Below, one piece after another: positions 59,949 to 64,000 of a stretch of 64,000 nt of DNA. Within the stretch, counting starts at the first letter, position 1, and each line of letters starts with the position of its first letter. Both the position numbers and the translations under genes were made by a program. The DNA is from an uncultured Actinomycetota bacterium. GTDB lineage: Bacteria; Actinomycetota; Actinomycetes; Streptosporangiales; Streptosporangiaceae. Location: positions 19,997-83,996 of the forward strand of contig CAWERB010000021.1 in NCBI GenBank assembly GCA_963811335.1, read 5' to 3'. The notes under the pieces were generated by a model. It was given only the letters and a program-made list of their open reading frames with translations, did no database searches and had not been told where the DNA came from.

Positions 59949-60605
59949 GTGGTCCGGGTGTTCCTGATCCGTCATGGTGAAAGCGAGTCGAACACGGGAC
60001 TGGCCTCCGCTGGCCCGGATTCGGCCCCGCTGACCGCGGCCGGGCACCAGCAGGCCGAGCAGATCGCGCGGGTACTCGCCGACGTCCCGGCCCTGATCGT
60101 TACATCGCCATACCTGCGGGCACGCCAGACCGCCCAGCCCACGATCCGCCGGTTCCCAGCCACCGCGTGCCAGCAGTGGCCCGTCCAGGAGTTCACCTAC
60201 ATCGGCGACCTGCTCGGACGGGCCAGCACGGCCCGCGAGCGCGAGCCCTACGCACGGGCGTACTGGGACCGGGCCGATCCCCACGCCGTCAGCCCCGGGG
60301 CCGAGTCCTTCACCGGCCTGCTCAGCCGCGTCACAGACTTCCTGAGCCGTCTCAGCACCCAGGAATCAGCGCCGGTCGTGGTGTTTACCCACGGGCTGTT
60401 CATGCGAGCCGTCGCGTGGTCGCTGCTGACCGGCATCACCGCACCAGACCAAGAACAAATGCGCAGCTTCCGCGGCTTCGCCAACCGCTACCTGATCCCC
60501 AACGCCGGCGTCGTCGAACTACGCCAGGCCGGCAACGGCGCTCCTGCCCTCCTGGGCGGCTCCACGCTTCACCTGCCCGCCGCCTTGGCACCGCGACCAC
60601 GATGA
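59949..60605 (+). CDS. histidine phosphatase (phosphoglycerate mutase family)
   Basis: LIRHGES, SPYLRARQTA, GAES, FTHG. Confidence 0.9.
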   Translation: MVRVFLIRHGESESNTGLASAGPDSAPLTAAGHQQAEQIARVLADVPALIVTSPYLRARQTAQPTIRRFPATACQQWPVQEFTYIGDLLGRASTAREREPYARAYWDRADPHAVSPGAESFTGLLSRVTDFLSRLSTQESAPVVVFTHGLFMRAVAWSLLTGITAPDQEQMRSFRGFANRYLIPNAGVVELRQAGNGAPALLGGSTLHLPAALAPRPR

Positions 60606-61166
60606 GTACGCACGTCGGCGTGGTGGACTCGCCGGAATGCAATTTGCGCGGTCACCTTGCTCGGACTGTCCCGCGGGGTCACGCGGTCGCGGCGTGCTAT
60701 GAGGGGGCCTGGGCGCTGGTCGGCGCGGTCGCCCTGCACCTTGGCGCGCCGGTCCACTTGATCGATGACCTGGTCTTCTCCGGGCAGACGCGTCGGTACA
60801 GGAGCTAACCGCAGCAGGCATGACTCAGGTCACCTGCCTGGTCCACCAGAGCGCAATTCCAGGCTAAGCAGTGATGCGGCTTGTACGCCAGGACGCCCGA
60901 GCACGTTGGAGGGGTAATGAGGTCAGTCCTTCTCAGTGAAGAACAGGGGCTGGCTCCAGTTTTGCGTCGTGAGTCTGCGCCTCAGCCTCCCTATCCCCGC
61001 GTGCGGGGACTTGCTACCGGAAGTTCGAGGCATACCGCGGCGCCTGGTGATCCCAGGCAGGCAGCAGGGGCGGTAGCACGTCGTCCGGCGCTTACCGCCC
61101 CTGCCGGTGTCCCGGCCCGGGCCACGGCCAGGGCCGGTCCGGTGGCCGCGATATTGTAAGAGCCCG

Positions 61167-61349
61167 CTAGCTTTCAACCTCGACAATGGCGGCCCCGCCT
61201 GCGGCGCGCTGGACCGCTTCGCATCCTGCCTTCGCCGATGCCTTGGTCTCGTACGCCTCCCCTTGGGCGACGACCTCGCCGTTGCTTGCCTTGAGCCGGA
61301 AGCGGTACTTACCCGCGCGGTCCTGGTACACCTCGAACTTGCCAGCCAT
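61167..61349 (-). CDS. YegP/DUF1508 family protein
   Basis: MAGKFEVYQDRAGKYRFRLKASNGEVVAQGEAY; AGGAG RBS. Confidence 0.9.
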   Translation of the reverse strand: MAGKFEVYQDRAGKYRFRLKASNGEVVAQGEAYETKASAKAGCEAVQRAAGGAAIVEVES

Positions 61350-61486
61350 GCCTCGCTCCTCTCAGTCTCAGAAAGGCACCTGCTGCGAGCTACCCTCACC
61401 CAGGCAGATGAACATTGGTCAGCGGTGTCTTCTCCACCGGAGATGCTGAGCGGTGCCGGGAGCACCGGCCAGGCCGCGCGCGCCCG

Positions 61487-62130
61487 CCTCACCGGTCTCG
61501 CCCGGCCCAGCGGGGTAGGCCGCGCTGCCCGGGCCCGGCCCGCCTGGGCCCCGCGGCCCTTGTCAACAGGGAACTCCGCGCATCGCGGAAGGAGCCGTCG
61601 CCACGCGTAGGGCGGAAATTCCCCCTTGCGCAGGGTTGCCGCCTTAACGGGCGCAGGGCAGGCCAGTGGCCGCCCTACGAACGCGGCCTTCGGATATTCG
61701 GTCGCCGTGGATGGCAACGTCGCGATGATCCGGCAGTTCGCCGACGGCGGCGAGCCGACCTTCCAGCGCATGCTGCCGTGGGCCGCGGACCTGGAACGGT
61801 CCGGCAGCGAGGTGGCCGAGTTGCCGGACGCGTTCTGGCAGGGACCGGGCTGCTGACGAACCGGGACCAGCCGAGAACGTGGCACCGGACGGCCTGGTGG
61901 CGGCACCAGCACGCGTCGTGATCGGGCGATGGTCGCCCGGTAACTGGCCCATCGCAGCAGGCGGGACGGACCGCCGGCGCGAGCCAGGGCGCGCAAGAGT
62001 AGTTCCACTGTTGCTTGCCTCCCCGGTCTCGCCCGTCCCAGCGGGCCGCGCTGCCCGGGCCGACCCGGCTACGCCTGGGTTCCCTGGTTAACAGGGAAAG
62101 TCCGTTTATCGCAGAAGGAAAGTTGTCGCC
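61487..62130. repeat. diverged ~115-bp direct repeat, two copies (61487-61602 and 62018-62130)
   Basis: Shared CCGGTCTCGCCCG.CCCAGCGGG...CCGCGCTGCCCGGGCC...CGCCTGGG...AACAGGGAA..TCCG...ATCGC.GAAGGA...GTCGCC. Confidence 0.85.
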
Positions 62131-62156
62131 GGGGTGAAGCCCCATGGTGCGGCGTC

Positions 62157-63769
62157 TCAGCCACCCGCCGGCCCGGGGTTCGCCTGCCCGGAGTCCGCCG
62201 TCTCGTACTGGGCGAGCAGTTCCTGCTCTTTGCCCTTGCCGGGGAACAGGAAGAGCACCAGTGCGATGCCGATGGCGGTGGCGACGATACCGACGGTATA
62301 GGCCCAGTTGGCGCCCTGCAGGAAGGCGGACTTGGCGCCGGACGTGATCGCGCTGGCGTACTGCGGGTGCTGCTGTGCTACGGCGGCCGCGCTGGAAAAC
62401 GACTTTTCCAGCTGGTTCTGGACGCTGCTTGTGATCTGCGCCTTGTCGGGCGCGGCCGCGATCGCCTTGGCGACCGCGGCGGCATAGCCGGCGGTGAGCA
62501 GGGCGCCGAATATCGACTGCATGATCGCCCCGCCAAGGTCGCGTTGCAGGTCGGCGGTGGCCGAGGCCATGCCGACCCGGTTAACGGGCACCGACGCGGT
62601 GAGCGAGTGCGAGGCCGGCGTGCCGAACAGGCCGACGCCGACGCCGATCAGCGCATAGCCGAGGCCGACCTGCCAGTACGGGCTGGACTTGGTCCACAGC
62701 ACGAGCATGACGATGAAGCTCAGCAGCACGAACAGGTACCCGGCGAGCAGCGTGAAACGGGAACCGCGGGCATGGACAAGCCGGGCCGACGGCGCGGCGA
62801 CAAGGACCATGAGCGATGGCGGCCGGCAAGCCCGCGATTCCGGCGTCGAAGGTTGAGTAGCCGAGCACGTTCTGCATGAACTGCTGGCCGATGAACAAGG
62901 CCGCCATTAGGGAGCCGAACACGATGATCCCGCCGACGGCAGTGACCCAGAACACGCGCCGGCCTGCCACGTGCAGGTCATAAAGGGGATTGGCCGCGCG
63001 GCGCTGGCGCAGCACGAAGGCGACGGCCGCGGCGACGGCGACGGCCGCCGTTCCCATGGCCAGCGTTCCCCCGCCCGGCGCCGGCGCGAAGTTGATGGCC
63101 AGGATCAGGGCGGTCACCAGCACCACCGACAAGATCCCGCCGAGGTTGTCCACCGAAGCGGTCGACTCGTTCACGTGGGCGGGCACGTACAAGATGACCA
63201 GCACAAGGGCGATCAACGCGAAGGGCAAGCGGGAACACGAAGACCGAGCCCCACCAGTAGCGCTGCAGCAAGATCCCGGAAACCAGGGGCCCGAGCACGG
63301 CGACGGCGCTGCCGATGCCGGACCACAGCGCGATAGACCGGGTTCTGGCCGGGCCCGACCACAGCGCGGTGACCAGGGCAAGAGTGGTGGGATAGGCCAG
63401 GCCCGCGGACAGCCCGCCAAGCAACCTGGCCGCGATGAGCACGCCGGCGGACGGCGCGAAGGCGGCAAGCAGGCAGGCGGGAACCGACAAGGCCATGCCC
63501 AGGGCGAGCAGCAGCTTGCGCCCGTAGCGGTCACCGATCGCCCCCAGGTAAAGCACCGAGGCCGCAAGGCCGAGGGAATAGCCGATCGCGACCATGTCCA
63601 GTGCCGTCTGCGAGGCCGTGAACGCCTTGCCGATGTCGGGCAGCGCGACGTTGGCCACGGCCAGGTTGATATTCGCGATCCCGGCCGCCAGGATCAGCGT
63701 GATCAAGACCAGTCCCGCTCGCCGCGGCGCCGAAGACTGACTGGCGGAAGCCTGACTACCTCCTGGCAC
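62157..63769 (-). CDS. MFS transporter (frameshifts ~63230 and ~62815)
   Basis: ANINLAVANVALPDI, GAIGDRYGRK, multiple TM segments; start approximate. Confidence 0.85.
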
Positions 63770-64000
63770 CAACGTCCCCCTGGCTCGGGTGGGGCAGGCG
63801 GCCGCGTCGCCGGGCTGTCCCCCGCCCCGTCGCCTTCCATTCGACCGCGTTGCGGTCGGCCGCCGCATCGCCCGGAAGGGATGACCCGGCTTCCGGCTCA
63901 TGGCAGGTGACGGTGCACGGCCGCGGGCGGGTTGGTCCTGCCCTAGCCGCCAACCCGCCAGTGAACCAGCGTGGCGACTGAGGCCTGGCCCGGTTATAGG

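Overview
Very GC-rich actinobacterial chromosomal DNA; gene content suggests a soil or plant-litter actinomycete, but the genus cannot be fixed from sequence alone. About 55 genes or gene remnants are recognisable. At least 15 otherwise intact genes carry single-base frameshifts, best explained by unpolished long-read assembly errors. Main blocks: (1) a TudS-like gene plus hydrolase, an IS256 remnant and a tRNA-Leu 3' remnant; (2) plant cell-wall/arabinan enzymes (Tat-exported GH93, CBM2-GH62, GH51-like-FN3-CBM2, GH5-CBM2, and later GH51 with a sugar ABC importer) with LacI-type operators; (3) a LuxR-ATPase regulator with hydrolases, a BVMO-esterase fusion and a degenerate tRNA-Tyr; (4) a PadR/DUF1048 operon, a catalytically degenerate type IIG/DrmMI-like DNA methyltransferase, a MesD-like methionine synthase and cholesterol oxidase; (5) a 12 kb lipid cluster (SDR, FMO, epimerase, WS/DGAT, a pair of OleA/FabH-like condensing enzymes, hydrolases, SRPBCC, acyl-CoA ligase) with paired DosR-like boxes, the best candidate for an undescribed system; (6) ABC-F, a two-component system, MFS/MarR, and a CarH-like B12 photoreceptor divergent from photolyase-PPTase. 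Several deletion scars join convergent gene remnants. No rRNA, intact tRNA or CRISPR array was seen. All family assignments come from motif recognition, not database searches.
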